A stretch of DNA of 64,000 nt from Eledone cirrhosa (Eukaryota), in NCBI GenBank assembly GCA_964016885.1, contig OZ024750.1, forward strand, positions 4,650,001 through 4,714,000. The letters are read 5' to 3'. A program made the translations under genes and the position numbers. Each line of letters begins with the position of its first letter. The first letter of the stretch is position 1. Positions 27,036 through 44,402 of this stretch are shown piece by piece. Under the pieces are notes generated by a model, which saw only the letters and a program-made list of their open reading frames with translations, was not told where the DNA came from and made no database searches.

Positions 27036-27247
27036 TAGGGTGAGTCATAAATAAATGGAAAGTCCAACATTTATATTCCAGACGATAATATTTATTAAAA
27101 TTCTAGTCACATATTATGGAATTATAAATATATCAAACAAAAATATAACCATGGCTGATTACACACAAAAAGCGGATGTTTAAAAAGTTATCTGTGAACC
27201 TTGAAATAAAAATACATTGACTGTCGGGTTATTTATGACTCACCCTG
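27036..27247. mobile_element. Tc1/mariner MITE
   Basis: TIR AGGGTGAGTCATAAATAA...TTATTTATGACTCACCCT followed by G-TA; interrupts one copy of a local duplication (aaagcaactcctt at 26870 and 27017). Confidence 0.8.
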
Positions 27248-29111
27248 TATATTACAGATACTATCAAACAACTAACAAGGATTGTTTAAGGTCAAATACT
27301 TTGTGTGTAGTTATGTATGTGTGTAGTTTAATTGTATGTGTGTGGTGTGGGTAAGGTTATGTACACAAAATACAGCCACAATGTCGGCGATAAAATGACC
27401 AAATAGTTCCTGTGTCGTTCGTTATCTTCCATAATTCTACGTATTTCAGTTTACACAAATTAGTGATATTGATTTCACGTCTGTTGATCCATACTTGCGA
27501 GGGTTAGATGAAGCCTGGTGTTAAGTGACAGAGATAAAAAGACCCCCCCCCCCCCTGGATAGGGTGCCAGTCTATCACAGGGTTTAATCTCCAGTTGTCA
27601 TTAGTACACATTTTTAGTTAGGTAGACGGGAGCAAAACTTTATTTACCCCTCTGTGTCTATGTGGACCACTTTAAGCAGCCCTGATCGATGTAAATAATC
27701 GATAATATGTTACATCATTTTATCTTTAAGAAAATATATAACCTTCCCCCCACTCAATAAATGTTTGTTTGTTTGTTGATATTGATTGGTTTTATAGATT
27801 TTATGTTAAAACAAAAATACAATGTTGTTGTTTTTAGAATTTCGTCACATTGAAATATGTTTAGAAGAATTGCTAAGATTTATTATATTGTTGATGTTGT
27901 TGTTGATGTTGTTATTAATCATGTTGTTGTTGATGTTACGGTCGATGTTATTGTCGTTCTTGTTGTTATTGATGTCACAGTTGATGTTCCTACATAGAAT
28001 AATTTTCTGATCAGTTAAAAAAAAAAAATATATATATATATATACACACACAGTGTCCCCCAAAAATGTACACACACAGTTATCAGAATGCTGTTGAAGT
28101 GTGCATACATTTTTGGGGTACACACACATACTTACATATATAAATTATTCTTTTACAAATGAATTGAATTGAAAAAAATAAACTTCTAAAAAGCAATATA
28201 GGATATACATTATATATATACATTATATATATACATTATATATATATACATTATATATATACATTATATATATATACATTATATATATATACATTATATA
28301 TTTATACATTATATGTTATTAGTAATCCAAATAACATTGAAAACATATTTTTCGTCTTTTCACATTTCTATTATTCATAAGTGAGGATTATACACGAACT
28401 TTCTTTCATATATACATGTATACATACATACACCTATATATACATATATACATACATACACCTATATATACATATATACATACATACACCTATATATACA
28501 TATATACATACATAAATACATACATACACCTATATATACATATATACATACATGTATACATACATACACCTATATATACATATATACATACATAAATACA
28601 CCTATATATACATATATACATACATGTATACATACATACACCTATATATACATATATACATACATAAATACATACATACACCTATATATACATATATACA
28701 TACATAAATACATACATACACCTATATATACATATATACATACATAAATACATACATATACCTATATATACATATATACATACATAAATACATACATACA
28801 CCTATATATACATATATACATACATAAATACATACATACACCTATATATACATACATAAATACATACATACACCTATATATACATATATTTGCACATATA
28901 TTTTCACATAAACACGTTAATATATATATATATACGTAACATTACTTTGGTAATCTTTTGAATAAAGAAAATAATCGATTATTGTGAATATATCCAGTGT
29001 TACAATGTTTGTCGTAAACAACTGTTCAATATTAATTCGATGTTGTTGTTGTTGTTGTATAAAGTACAGTTGACCGTCAGACACGGACTAATAAGAAAGA
29101 CATGAAGTGAC

Positions 29112-29635
29112 ACATCAACATCATCACCACATCATGTGGTCGTCACCATCATCATCACTCTCACCACCACCATCATTAACATCATCACCATTACCATTAT
29201 TATCACCCTCACCACCATCATCATCATCATCATCATCACCACCATCATCACCATTACCATCACCACCATCATCATTATCAACACCACCATCACCATCATC
29301 ATTATCACCCTCACCACCATCATCATTATCATCATCACCATCACCACCATCAACATTAACATCATCACCATTTCCATCATTATCATCACCACCATCAGCA
29401 TTATCATCATCACCACCATCATTATCATCACCACCATCAGCATTATCATCATCACCATCACCACCATCAACATTATCAACACCACCATCACCCTCACCAC
29501 CATCATCATTATCATCATCACCATCACCACCATCAACATTAACATCATCACCATTTCCATCATTATCATCACCCCCATCAGCATTATCATCACCACCACC
29601 ATCATTATCAACACCACCATTATCATCATTATCAA
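29112..29635. repeat. (CAT/CAC)n trinucleotide repeat
   Basis: Directly visible. Confidence 0.95.
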
Positions 29636-31089
29636 TATTATACGCCTGTTTTCCACGTTTGACGGGTTGTCCCAATCTAAACAAAGCAGACGACAACGTC
29701 TTGACTCCTCGTAAGTTCCATATTTTTGGCATAGTTTCTACAATTGGATTGCTGTCTTCCCTAACACCAACCACTTTACCGTGACACCACCACCACCACC
29801 ACTGTCACTTTACACACGGCTTTTCTAAGACATTTCTTTTTAAAACTGGCAGAAATCCTTATCTCCAGGTCTGAATACAGCAGATTTCTTCCAGAGAAGG
29901 ATAAAGAGAGAGAGAGAGAATGGAAGTGGGAACGAGATATAGAGGAAGAATCGACCTCCAGTACTTGACTGGTACTCTGGTAATTTTTTTTTTATAAATC
30001 AACCTCGGATTGATGATAGATAAAGTTGAGATTGGTGGGATTTAAACTCAGAGACCAGAAAGCCGGAACGAATACTGCAAAGAATTCTATCCGACATTCT
30101 AACGACTCTACCAATTCGCCGCCTTATAGAATTAATACTATTTTTTATTACCAAGCAAGTATTCGACTCTGTTAGAATACGTTCCGGTAGCATATCTTGT
30201 CTCAGATGAGTGACTCTCAACGAGGACGAGTCAGTCAGTGTGTGTATGCGAGGGAGGGAGGGGGGGGGGGACCCTATTGAAGAGTGTGTGGGGGGGGGGG
30301 GGGGGCTGAAAGATAAGGTTACTTTCAAATCTGGAAAAAATTAACTCTTCATCCCCAATGTTGTACATATAATAGACTAATGTGAAATGGAGAGTGGAAA
30401 CTATATCTCTGATAATTAGAGCAAAGAGATTCTGTCTGAACCTGATGGCAACATTGGGAGACATTCTGGTGGAGATAGATAACATTTTACATTTTAAAAA
30501 AACGGAGAGGAGGGGTATTTTACTGGAATGTTAAGCGGTGGAGGGAGGGATACAGAATTAGCCCCTTCGTTACCATTTTTCTAATGAAATACATTGCCTG
30601 TAATGTTTCAAACTTTGAAAATAATCGAGAATTTGGAGGGATTTTGTAATATAAACTAACTTTTTCTTTACCAAGCTGGTATTTGGAACTTAACTTAAAG
30701 GTTCTTACATGAAATTATGATGGAAGGTTTTTATGACAGATAAATATGAACGCTTTAACCCTTTCGTTTATATATTTCTAATGAAAGTCACTGCTTACAC
30801 TTGTCAAATAATTAAGAATTTGAGGGAATTAGTAATACAACTAACTTTCTTATTAAACATGTTTAGAACAAAATTATAATACATATATGTATATACTAAT
30901 AATTGTTTCTACTTTTGGCACAAGGCCAGCAATTATCACAGTGTATTACTGGTACTTTACTTTATCGACCCCGTAAGGCTGAAAGGCAAAGTATGGCGTC
31001 CGACCCTCTACCGATACTGCCAATCCACCGCCCTATATATATATATATACTAATAATAAGGATTTCATTTATTGGCCACAAGGGCCGAT

Positions 31090-31341
31090 TATATATATTA
31101 ATAAGAATAAAAAAGACGGTTTGTTAGGTCTTCATTACGTTTATAGAGTAGTGACACGCGTTTCGCGATTGATCAGCTCAAGGTTCGATCTGTATCGATC
31201 TGGCCCGACTCTGGAATCAAAAGCTCGTCGGTATATACACACATTTTATACATATACATTATATATTCTGTCATTACTTTAACAGAAGTTAAAGTAATGA
31301 CAGAATATATAATGTATATGTATAAAATGTGTGTATATACC
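31090..31341 (-). mobile_element. Fold-back insert family D with degenerate hammerhead core
   Basis: Perfect 54-bp arms 31230-31283 and 31288-31341, loop AGAA; minus strand continues CCGACGA-GCttTTGAT...ATCAAtcGC-GAAA-CGCGT. Confidence 0.7.
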
Positions 31342-32099
31342 ATCAACATTACTTAATGTCCGTTTACACACACACACACACACGTGGCTTCTGCAGAAGC
31401 AACTGGTTACAAAAGTGACCTCCTTAACCACACAGTCAGCCAGCCAGCCATATCTGCACCTACGCTAGAAGATATAGAACTTCCTCATTTCATGCGAGAA
31501 AAGTGCTTCAAAGTAGATTTTAAAGCATTAAAGCCTTGATTAAAAGGGAGAAAGGGAAGAAAAGGGGTTATATTTTAGTTTTAAATATCAGAATCTAGTC
31601 ACGGTTAATCAGATGTAGGAGGGGGGGGTCTATAAATATCAGAATCTAGTCAGATGTTAAAAGAGGAGATTATATATAATGTTCCTTGTGATCAGAGATT
31701 AACGATAAAAATACTGCAAAGATGTTTGGTGGGGAATTGAAATGACATGAACATGTTTAGTTATAGTAATGGTGGCGATGGTGGTGGTAGATGGCCTAGT
31801 GACGGAGGTGGCGGTGGTGGTAGATGGCCTAGTGACGGTGGTGGTGAGGGTTGAGGTGATAGATGTAGCGATGGTGGTGGTGGTTGTGGTGGTGGTAGGT
31901 GTCGTAGGCGTTGGTAGTGATAGTAGCGGTGGTTGTGGTTGTGGTGAGGATTGAGGTGGTAGATGAAGGCGTTGGTAGTAGTAGTGGTAGTGGTGGTGCT
32001 GGTAGTAGTAGTAGTAATAGTGGAAGATTTGATGGGATGATGAGTTAGGAAGATAGGGAGCTATTTTTAGCACTCAATGTGCTTGAAATAGCCACCACT

Positions 32100-32355
32100 G
32101 ACCTTGGGCTGATCAAATTCACCAGCAAACATGAGAGCTTCCTCATGGTTACTTGAGTACTAGAAATAGCAGTGAAATCTCCCTCAAATCAACCCCCACC
32201 CTATCAACTGTATTAAAAAGGAAGGTCACATTACATAATGTTCTTCTAAAGACGACATCAGCAAAATCTAAACGAGATGGTCACGGCTGGAAAGTCTTTC
32301 ATTACATGACTGCTCCATCACAGGTGACTAAACAACATCACCACAAAGCAACATA
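32100..32355 (+). mobile_element. Unclassified interspersed repeat family R3
   Basis: ctagaaatagcag..aaatctccctcaaatca...aaggaagg.cacatt...gatggtca.ggctggaa...ctaaacaaca; copies at 62475-62655 (+), 3795-4185, 9205-9330, 60440-60500 (-). Confidence 0.65.
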
Positions 32356-33227
32356 ACTTTTACATGGTCACTCAACCTCGTGTGAGTGACCATGGCACAG
32401 TGTAGGGCAAGGCTGACCTCTTCAATTACAGATAAAACACATTTTTGCCAGCAATGTGAAATAAAGTGTCTTGCTCAAGGACACAATGGGCCACTGGGAA
32501 TCGAACTCACGACCTTATGATCATGGACCAAACAACTTAACCACTGCTCCATGCACGTTCACTAAATACACACACACACACACATACATATATGTACACA
32601 CAGACACATACATGCGTGCATTCACACAAAAACAAACACACACATATACATGTACGCACGTAAATGCATGCATTCACATAAACACACACACACACTTGTA
32701 TACACACTTACATACATATACACAAAAACACACACGCACGTAAACACATATACACATGCATGCATTCACATCAACACATGCATGCATTCACATAAACACA
32801 TACATTACAGAAACATACAAACATATAAAGTAGATTTACTGTTGTTATTGAAAATCACAGATCAATAGTAGAAGCTGTAAAGATCTTCAAAGATTACAAA
32901 GTGGAGAAGTTCAAATGCTGGACTAGCTAACCACGAGGTCACCAGTTCAAACCCAGGCTACAAATTAAATCATATTCTTCTACACACTTCAAACTAAACA
33001 GGTGCTTTATAATTTCACGCTTGGCTGATCTTATGTAGAGAAATCATTCAACTGTGAAAGTTATATTCAAAATTTCAAAGACAGGTCTGAGAGCATGAAA
33101 ACATAATTTTCTTGATACAAAATAACAAATAAAAACAACTTTAAATTCAACATTTTTAAAAATAATTTTAAATAAACATCTCTGGTGTTTATAAATACAG
33201 ACGTATATATATATATATATATATATA

Positions 33228-33438
33228 AAACGAAGGAAGTGTGGTAAGGAAACTAAGGAACCAGGTGGACCATAATGCACCAGAGTACTCGATACTTTGG
33301 GTAGTAGAGTGGGTAATAGGAACAGAGTCAGAACCCCGACGGCAGAGCTCAAGCCGTTTCAACAGCTATTTCTGGACATAGCATCCAGAAATAGGTGTCG
33401 AAACGGCTCGAGCTCTGACGGGGTTCTGACTATTTTCC

Positions 33439-33441
<3 letters not shown>
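33228..33441 (-). mobile_element. Fold-back insert family A copy 3
   Basis: Arms 33316-33376 and 33384-33441 (several mismatches, one small indel), 7-nt loop, about 88-nt tail, TA flanks. Confidence 0.85.
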
Positions 33442-33489
<48 letters not shown>

Positions 33490-33611
33490 GTTGGAAATAG
33501 CAAGGATCTGTTTTTCTTTTTTTATCCTTTCTTTGATTTGTCGAAGTGACATTATTGAAAAAATGAGAGGGACAATTCTTTTAAAAAAAAGTTTTATAAT
33601 GTATATAAAGT

Positions 33612-33653
<42 letters not shown>

Positions 33654-33654
<1 letters not shown>

Positions 33655-33855
33655 CTTCTACAGGACTAGAACTGTTTCATTCGAAGGAAATCATCAGGAA
33701 AGCCTCGACAAGGTACACAAGTGGGTCTGTTTACTCTGAAGTATATTTACAAACAAGAAGAACAAGTCAACAGATTAGAATTCACTTCGTTTATTCATAT
33801 GAATAAACGAAGTGAATTATAACCTGTTGACTTGTTCTTCTTGTTTATAAATATA
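33654..33855 (-). mobile_element. Fold-back insert family B copy 2
   Basis: 33654-33697 matches 16214-16257; hammerhead core on the minus strand; loopless palindrome 33742-33855 centred on CAT/ATG. Confidence 0.75.
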
Positions 33856-34080
33856 TATAGAGAGAGATGTGAGTGTGTGTGTGTTTATGTCTTGTAACTT
33901 AGCTGTTAGACCAAAAGAGATCGATAAAAGTGCTGGGCTTGATATCATCAACTTTAATGCAGCACCCAAGATGGCCGCCGTCTAATGGCTGAAGCCAATA
34001 AAAGAATGAAAGAATATTTATATATTTGTATGTAAGGAAAAGAAGTTGAGAGTTACATTGAAAAAAATAACTCTTCCATT

Positions 34081-35470
34081 ACCTCCAGTCACTGACACTA
34101 CCACCTCCACCACCACCTCCATCTCCAGTCACTGACACCATCACCTCCACCTCCAGTCACTGACACTACCACCACCACCACCTCCAGTCACTGACACCAC
34201 CACCTCCATCTCCAGTCACTGACACCATCACCTCCACCTCCAGTCACTGACACTACCACCACCACCACCTCCAGTCACTGACACCACCACCACCACCTCC
34301 AGTCACTGACACCACCACCTCCACCTCCAGTCACTGACACTACCACCACCACCACCTCCAGTCACTGACACCACCACCTCCACCTCCAGTCACTGACACT
34401 ACCACCTCCACCTCCAGTCACTAACACTACCACCACCACCATCTCCAGTCACTGACACCATCACCTCCATCTCCAGTCACTGACACTACCACCACTACCA
34501 CCTCCATCTCCAGTCACTGACACCATCACCACCATCTCCAGTCACTAACACTACCACCTCCACCACCTCCATCTCCAGTCACTGACACCATCACCACCAT
34601 CTCCAGTCACTGACACTACCACCACCACCACCACCATCTCCAGTCACTAACACTACCACCACCACCACCACCATCTCCAGTCACTGACACCATCACCTCC
34701 ATCTCCAGTCACTAACACTACCACCACCACCACCACCATCTCCAGTCACTGACACCATCACCTCCATCTCCAGTCACTAACACTACCACCACCACCACCT
34801 CCATCTCCAGTCACTAACACTACCACCACCACCATCTCCAGTCACTGACACCATCACCTCCATCTCCAGTCACTAACACTACCACCACCTCCATCACCAC
34901 CTCCAGTCACTACTAACACTACCACCACCACCACCACCATCTCCAGTCACTAACACTACCACCACCACCACCACCATCTCCAGTCACTACCACCACCACC
35001 ACCACCACCACCATCTCCAGTCACTGACACCATCACCTCCATCTCCAGTCACTAACACTACCACCACCTCCATCACCACCTCCAGTCACTACTAACACTA
35101 CCATCACCACCTCCATCTCCAGTCACTAACACTACCACCACCCCAACCACCTTCAGTCACCACCACCTCCACCACCATCACCACTACCTCCACCACCATC
35201 ACCACTACTTCCATCCCCACCTCCAGTCACCAACAACACTACTACCACCACTACCTCCACCACCATCACCACTACTACCACCACTACCTCCACCACCATC
35301 ACCACTACTACCATCACCTCCACCAGCACCACCACCACCACCACCTCCACCACCATCACCACTACCTCCACCACCATCACCACTACTGCCATCTCCACCT
35401 CCACTCACCAACAACACTACTACCACCATCACCACCACCACCACTACCTCCACCACCACCTCCCCAGTCA
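34081..35470. repeat. Minisatellite: TCCAGTCACT(G/A)ACAC core with variable (CAC)n linkers
   Basis: More than 30 cores visible, decaying to plain (CAC)n at the right end. Confidence 0.95.
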
Positions 35471-35589
35471 GCACACTTTCTTTGTTCAGACTTTCACCTA
35501 TCAAAATGGAGTACATCCACCCACACATACAAAAGAACACACCCACACACATGCAAGCACACACACACACATATATACACACAGCACCT

Positions 35590-37275
<1,686 letters not shown>

Positions 37276-39406
37276 GAGTAGAGTCTACACTATTTCAACA
37301 CTTTGAACAGCGAGAAGAGAAAGTGGGAGGAAAGAATCAAAGAATCAGCGGAGACAAGACCCTCAAAACTCAATGGTTTGAAGTAAAATTGATTTTTACT
37401 GAAGCATGAATGAAGAACCCTGGCAAAACTGCACTATTGCACTTCTACATTGCATATTATGTACAGTAGTATTTTAGTAGACGAACCAAACTGCTAAGAC
37501 TAATGCACTATTGCAATTCTACTTTGCATATTATGTGCTTTAGTAGAGAAACTAAACTGAAGATTCCCTTGAATCAAGATCTTTCCTCTTTATCCCCTTA
37601 ACATTTAAACTGGCCATACTTCTTTCTGTTCAAACCGGTCATAACAGGCTGCTCATACCGATGTTAAGGTATTGTTCTCAACATACATAATATCAAAATC
37701 TCATAGATTCAATATTATGTGAGATAATTATGAGAGATAAAGTCTTTACCGTGAAAAGTAAATATAAAGTAATGTAAATGTTAAAGGGTTAAAATTATTC
37801 TTTAATTCTTTTACTAGTTTCAGTCATTAGACTGCGGCCATATTATGGCTCAACATTAATATAGCTGATCATATTGACCCCAGTAATGTTTCACTAGTTT
37901 CAGTCTGACTGTGGCCATAATACTCAGTTAAAAATGGGTACCAAGAATAGCTGGAGATTTAACCTTGCAATGGACTGGCGTCCTGTCCAGGGAGGAATGT
38001 TGTACTCTGTTGCTTCACGCCACGGAAATCAGGATAAGCGCTGGCCTGATGTGCCTCGAAGCTCGCAACAGATTTAGTCATTAGGAACATGGTAACAAAA
38101 GACTTAAGAGTACAGATGTGTGGAATACTCAGCCATTTGCATGTTAATTCACAAGTCAGATGCTCAATTGAACCTGACAGAGGATCCAACATCAATGGAA
38201 ATAATGGCTGGTTATGTTTGTTTAGGGAAATGGGGGGAAATAGTTTGGAAATCTCTCCTCGGAGATGAATCAAGATTATGATATGAAACTTGAGATGACA
38301 AGAAAGGGGTCTTGTAGGACAAATGGTACTGAAGTAAGCAAAAAAAAAAGGAGGGAAAAATGGAAAATGAGAAAATGGGAAAAAAAGAAAGAAAAAAGAA
38401 AAAGTAAAAAAGATTAACCCTTTAGATACTAGAACTTCTGTTTCTACAAGACATAAACATATGTTTTAAAGTAAGTGTTTATATTTATCTAAAGACCTTC
38501 CACTATAATTAATCTATGTAAGAATTATTGTTATATTCAAAACACCAACATAATGAGAAAGTTATATTACTGAATCCATCCAGATTCTTGTCTATTTTCA
38601 GAATTATTTGAAAATCTTAGGTAGTGTATTTCATTAGAAATATGGTAAGTAACCAGCCTGGCCCAAACTGGCCCTGGTTCTATGAAATAAAACCACTCAT
38701 TTTAAAGGTTTCTAATTTAAATCAAAATCTTCCAACAATTTTATATAAGAACCTTACATTAAATTACTATCTTAGTAATGAAATAATCAATAATTTTAGT
38801 AAATCCCTCAAAATTCTTCATTATTTAATTAAAACATAGTATATTTTCATTAGAAATGTGGTCATGAAAGGGTTAAAGTGTTTATATTTATAAAAAAAAA
38901 ACAAAAAAAACCTTCCATCATAATTTTATGTAATAATGAAAGTGTTAAGAAATTATCTATACCAGGAGTTTTGTGAAGTCAAAAATAGATGTGTGCTTTA
39001 TGATAGGTATGAGGTAGGTATTATTTATACAAACTAAACATTGCTCGTTAAACATATGCTCATAGGGGTGGCTTTCAAAACCAAAATGCTTCAAAAAAAT
39101 GAAAGTAAACCAGCAGGAAATTGTCTATGAAGCATTTAGTCATTGCATGGCAAAATATATTGAAGATTATGGTAGAAAGGGAATACACACACAAACATAT
39201 ATATATATATACACACTTATACACACACACAAACATATATATACACATATACACACACACAAACAATTATATATATATACACATATACACACACACAAAC
39301 ATATATATACACATATACACACACACAAACAATTATATATATATACACATATACACACACACAAACATATATATATATATATATACACTTATACACACAC
39401 ACAAAC

Positions 39407-39441
<35 letters not shown>

Positions 39442-39512
39442 AACATATATATATATACACACTTATACATACACACAAACATATATATATACACTTATAC
39501 ACACACACAAAC

Positions 39513-39547
<35 letters not shown>

Positions 39548-39999
39548 AACATATTCTTAAACATATATATGCAAACATACTGAGACATATACATATATAT
39601 ATATATATATAGACATACAGCAATACACACATGAGTATATATATATACATACATACATATATACACACATTTATGTATAACTACACATATTCACTTATAC
39701 AAACACTATTCACACACATACACATACATAAATATAAAAACATAGATGCATGCACACACATATATGTGCAAACTTATAAAGACATGTAGCAACACACACA
39801 CAGACATATATATATATATATATACACACTGTGACATACATGTATACACATCATCATTTAATGTCCGTTTCCCCCGTTAAACATGTCAAAAGTGGATGTG
39901 GTTCCCTGGTCTGTTTAGAAAGGCAATATCCTTGAATGAAAACTAATTTAGACCATAACGACCTGTCCAACCCATACCAGCATAGAGAGCAAATTTAAT

Positions 40000-41127
40000 A
40001 TGATGGTGATGGTGGTGGTGGTGGTAGTGGTGGTGCTGGTGGTAGTGGTGGTAGTGGTGGTGATAGTGGTGTTGTTGGTGGTGATGGTGGTGGTGGTGGT
40101 GATGGTGGTGGTGGTGGTAGTGGTGGTGCTGGTGGTGCTGGTGGTAGTGGTGGTGATGGTGGTGTTGTTGGTGGTGATGGTGGTGGTGATGGTGGTGGTG
40201 GTGGTAGTGGTGGTGATGGTGGTGTTGTTGGTGGTGATGGTGGTGGTGATGGTGGTGGTGGTGGTAGTGGTGGTGATGGTGGTGTTGTTGGTGGTGATGG
40301 TGGTGGTGATGGTGGTGCTGGTGGTAGTGGTGGTGATGGTGGTGTTGTTGGTGGTGATGGTGGTGGTGATGGTGGTGGTGGTGGTAGTGGTGGTGGTGCT
40401 GGTGGTAGTGGTGGTGATGGTGGTGTTGTTGGTGGTGATGGTGGTGGTGGTGATGGTGGTGGTGGTGGTAGTGGTGGTGGTGCTGGTGGTAGTGGTGGTG
40501 ATGGTGGTGTTGTTGGTGGTGATGGTGGTGGTGGTGATGGTGGTGGTGGTGGTAGTGGTGGTGGTGCTGGTGGTAGTGGTGGTGATGGTGGTGTTGTTGG
40601 TGGTGATGGTGGTGGTGATGGTGGTGGTGATGGTGGTGGTGGTGGTAGTGGTGGTGCTGGTGGTGCTGGTGGTAGCGGTGGTGATAGTGGTGTTGTTGGT
40701 GGTGATGGTGGTGGTGGTGGTAATGGTGGTGTTGTTGGTGGTGATGGTGGTGGTGATTGTGGTGATTGTGGTGGTGGTGATGATGATGATGGTGATTGTG
40801 GTGATGGTGGTGGTGGTGATGATGATGATTGTGGTGATGGTGATTGTGGTGATGGTGATGATTGTGGTGGTGATGGTGATTGTGGTGATGGTGATTGTGG
40901 TGATGGTGATTGTGGTGATGGTGATTGTGGTGATGGTGATGATTGTGGTGGTGACAGTGGTGATTGTGGTGATGGTGGTGGTAGTTGTGGTGACAGTGGT
41001 GATGGTCATGACTGTGATGGCTGTGGAGACGGCGGTGAAGGTGTGTGTGTGTGTGTGAGTGTGTGTGTCTGTGTGTGTCTGTGTGTGTGTGAGTGTGTGT
41101 GTGTGTCTGTGTGCACACACACACACA
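40000..41127. repeat. (GGT/GAT)n trinucleotide array with higher-order periodicity, then (GT)n
   Basis: Directly visible; explains the 352-410 aa poly-His/Thr/Val ORFs. Confidence 0.95.
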
Positions 41128-41369
41128 TTTTTAACTGTATTGATAGTTGACAACAGTACATACATAACACACATATTCACATGTATGCTAATAAAACTTT
41201 AACATTTTCCTTACCATATTTCTGATGAAAGGCATTAGCTATGATTTTCAAATAATTTTGAAAATAATCAAAGAAATTGAAGGGATTTAGTAATATAACC
41301 AACTTTCTCGTTATTTAGTTGATGTTTGGAACATAACTAAAATTATTAAGAAAGGTTTTTAGATATAAT

Positions 41370-41559
41370 GGTTTCTGATTTAGACATGGCCAATAATTTT
41401 TGGGGGGAGAGAAAAGTTGATTAAATCAACATCAATATATTACTGGTACTTTATTTTATCAAACCCATAAGGATGAAAGACAAAGCTAACCATGGCAGGA
41501 TTTGAACATAAATGATTGTAAGTAGATGTAATAGCAATTCTGCCAAATCACCACCCTAG
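41370..41559 (-). mobile_element. SINE family 2 with 18-bp TSD, nested in MITE P2 (41203-41653)
   Basis: aaggtttttagatataat at 41352-41369 and 41560-41577. Confidence 0.85.
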
Positions 41560-41834
41560 AAGGTTTTTAGATATAATATAAACCCTTTAAAACAAACAGT
41601 TTTTGTACCCTAGAATTTGGGGCCAGTTTCATGTAGTTTGGTATGAAAAAGGGTTAAATGATAACAATGTTTACTCAGTAAAGTAAATCTGTGGTTGGTG
41701 TGACTGAAGTACTGAATTAAACTGGTACAGAAGATGATTGAAACAAGTTTTAAACTATAGCTAAGTATTTTAACACACATTCCAAACAGTGTGTTGTATT
41801 GGAGAATCAGTTAAACATAGAAACTTGGCTTAGT

Positions 41835-41891
<57 letters not shown>

Positions 41892-43167
41892 CTGGGAACT
41901 AAGATATACAAAGAGAGAAGTGATATTGGGAACTAGTCAGATAATATGAGAGAGAGAGAGAGAGAGAGACATGATACCAGGAACTAAGAGAGAGGGAGAG
42001 ACATGATACCAGGAACTAATAGAGAGAGAGAGAGAAGTGATATTGGAGATAAGGATCACCTATAAGAACATAGTATTTGTGTTAGGTAAGTTGAGTTAAT
42101 CTTTATGAATATACAACAAAAAGAAAACAGAGTAAAGGTGGTGTTTATATTATTATAGCTGTGAAACTCTGCCAGTGAGTTGAGGTGCAGCAATTTTGTA
42201 TTTAATCCTTCCTTGTTATAGGAAAGACATTACTGATGGTTTTCTATTAGTTTTGAATCTAAAAACCTTCAATCATAATTTAATGTAAGAACCTTCGTTA
42301 ATTCATGTTCTAAACATCAACTTAATTAAAAACGCGAAAGTTAATTATATTATCAAATCCCTCCAATTATTTGAAAATAATTGGTAGCAATTTAGCTTCT
42401 TTTTTTTTATTAGAAATATGGTAATAAAGGAATTAAAAAAGTGTGGGAGACCTGGCTAAGTTACGTGATATTCACAGAAAGGTCTGGTATCTAATCTTAA
42501 CATCTAGTTGATACAGAGTCCTGTTGAATTAATGAAGTATATTGCTCTAATTCACACTGAAATACTTGTTCATTTGAACTGAAGATCTTTGATTTAACAG
42601 ACCATTGCCTAATCCACTCAGCCAGTTTGTCTCCATCAAATACTGTAGTTAGAGTTGTTGTTGAATCCAGGTGAGTTTTAACACTAAATACTGTAGTTAG
42701 AGTTGTTGTTAAACCCCCAGGAGAGCTTTAACACTAAATGATTCCAAATTTAACCCATTACCATTTACATTACTCTATATATACTATTATATTTTCACAG
42801 TAAAGGCTTTATCTCACATAATATTGAATCTATGAGATTCTGATGTTATTTATTTTGAGATCAATACCTTAACATCAGTATGAGCGGACAGTTACGGCCA
42901 GTTTAAACAGGAAGAGGTGAGAGAATTCTGGCCGATTATGACTGGTTTAAATGCTAAAGTGATAAACAAAGAAGTTAAACTGTACTAATGAGTGTGAGTA
43001 TGTGTGTGAGTACATGCAAGTATGTGAGTGTGTGCTTCTGAATACATACATGTGTGTGCCTTGTGCACTCATTTCCCTTCTAATTTAGCCTAGAGAAAGA
43101 GAAATGCATGTGTACACTCATGTACACACACACACACACACATCAAAGTAGCAACAGAGAGTTATCT

Positions 43168-43261
<94 letters not shown>

Positions 43262-43618
43262 AGAATATAAGTTTTAACAAAGAATCTCTGCTTTCACCGG
43301 TTATATATGCAATTATAAATATAAAGTCCTCTCTAGATTTTCATCTTTTGAACTTTGTATATATATATATATATATATACATATATATAAAGACACACAC
43401 ACACATATATATATACACACACACACATATATATACACACACACACACATATATACACACATATATATATATACACACACATATATATACACACACACAC
43501 ACATATATATACACACATATATATATATACACACACACATATATACACACACACATATATACACACACACACACACATATATACACACACACATATATAT
43601 ATACACACACACACACAC

Positions 43619-43649
<31 letters not shown>

Positions 43650-43788
43650 CATATATATACACACACACATATACACACACACATATATATACACACACAC
43701 ACACATATATACACACACACATATATATACACACACACATATATACACACACATATATATATATATACACACACACACATACACACAC

Positions 43789-43839
<51 letters not shown>

Positions 43840-44045
43840 ATCCCAGCACAAAAGAAGTGAAAGGAAGGTGAATGATAGTAATCTAATGAGTGTTAAGTGC
43901 AATGTCAGATCCGAAGGTGAGAGTTAAGATGTCTCAACATTACACCAATGGAATACAATGGAATTAGTGAAAATATATCCCACAACAGGAGAAGTAATGT
44001 AAGATAGAGATAGAGGGAAATAAGATGACAAAGAGAGGAAACATG

Positions 44046-44094
<49 letters not shown>

Positions 44095-44292
44095 CATGTA
44101 CATGCATACATACATTCAGCTGCTTAGCCACAATCTAATGACTCAAATAACAAACAGATTAAAAGAATATATATATATATATATATATAGATATACACTC
44201 ACATATATATACATAAATAAATGTATATAGATACATATATATGTATATATAGAGAGATACACACACACACACATATATATATATACACATAG

Positions 44293-44402
<110 letters not shown>

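Noticed and set aside
32363-32394. 12-bp hairpin catggtcactca/tgagtgaccatg
   Set aside because: Lies at the junction of two repeat fragments; too short to support function
34081-35230. CRISPR-like constant core with variable spacers
   Set aside because: Spacers are only (CAC)n length variants; eukaryotic context, no cas genes
39943-41180. 352-410 aa His-, Thr- and Val-rich ORFs
   Set aside because: Overlapping frames of one (GGT/GAT)n repeat; no unique coding sequence. The same holds for the YI/CV/HT/SL ORFs across the window
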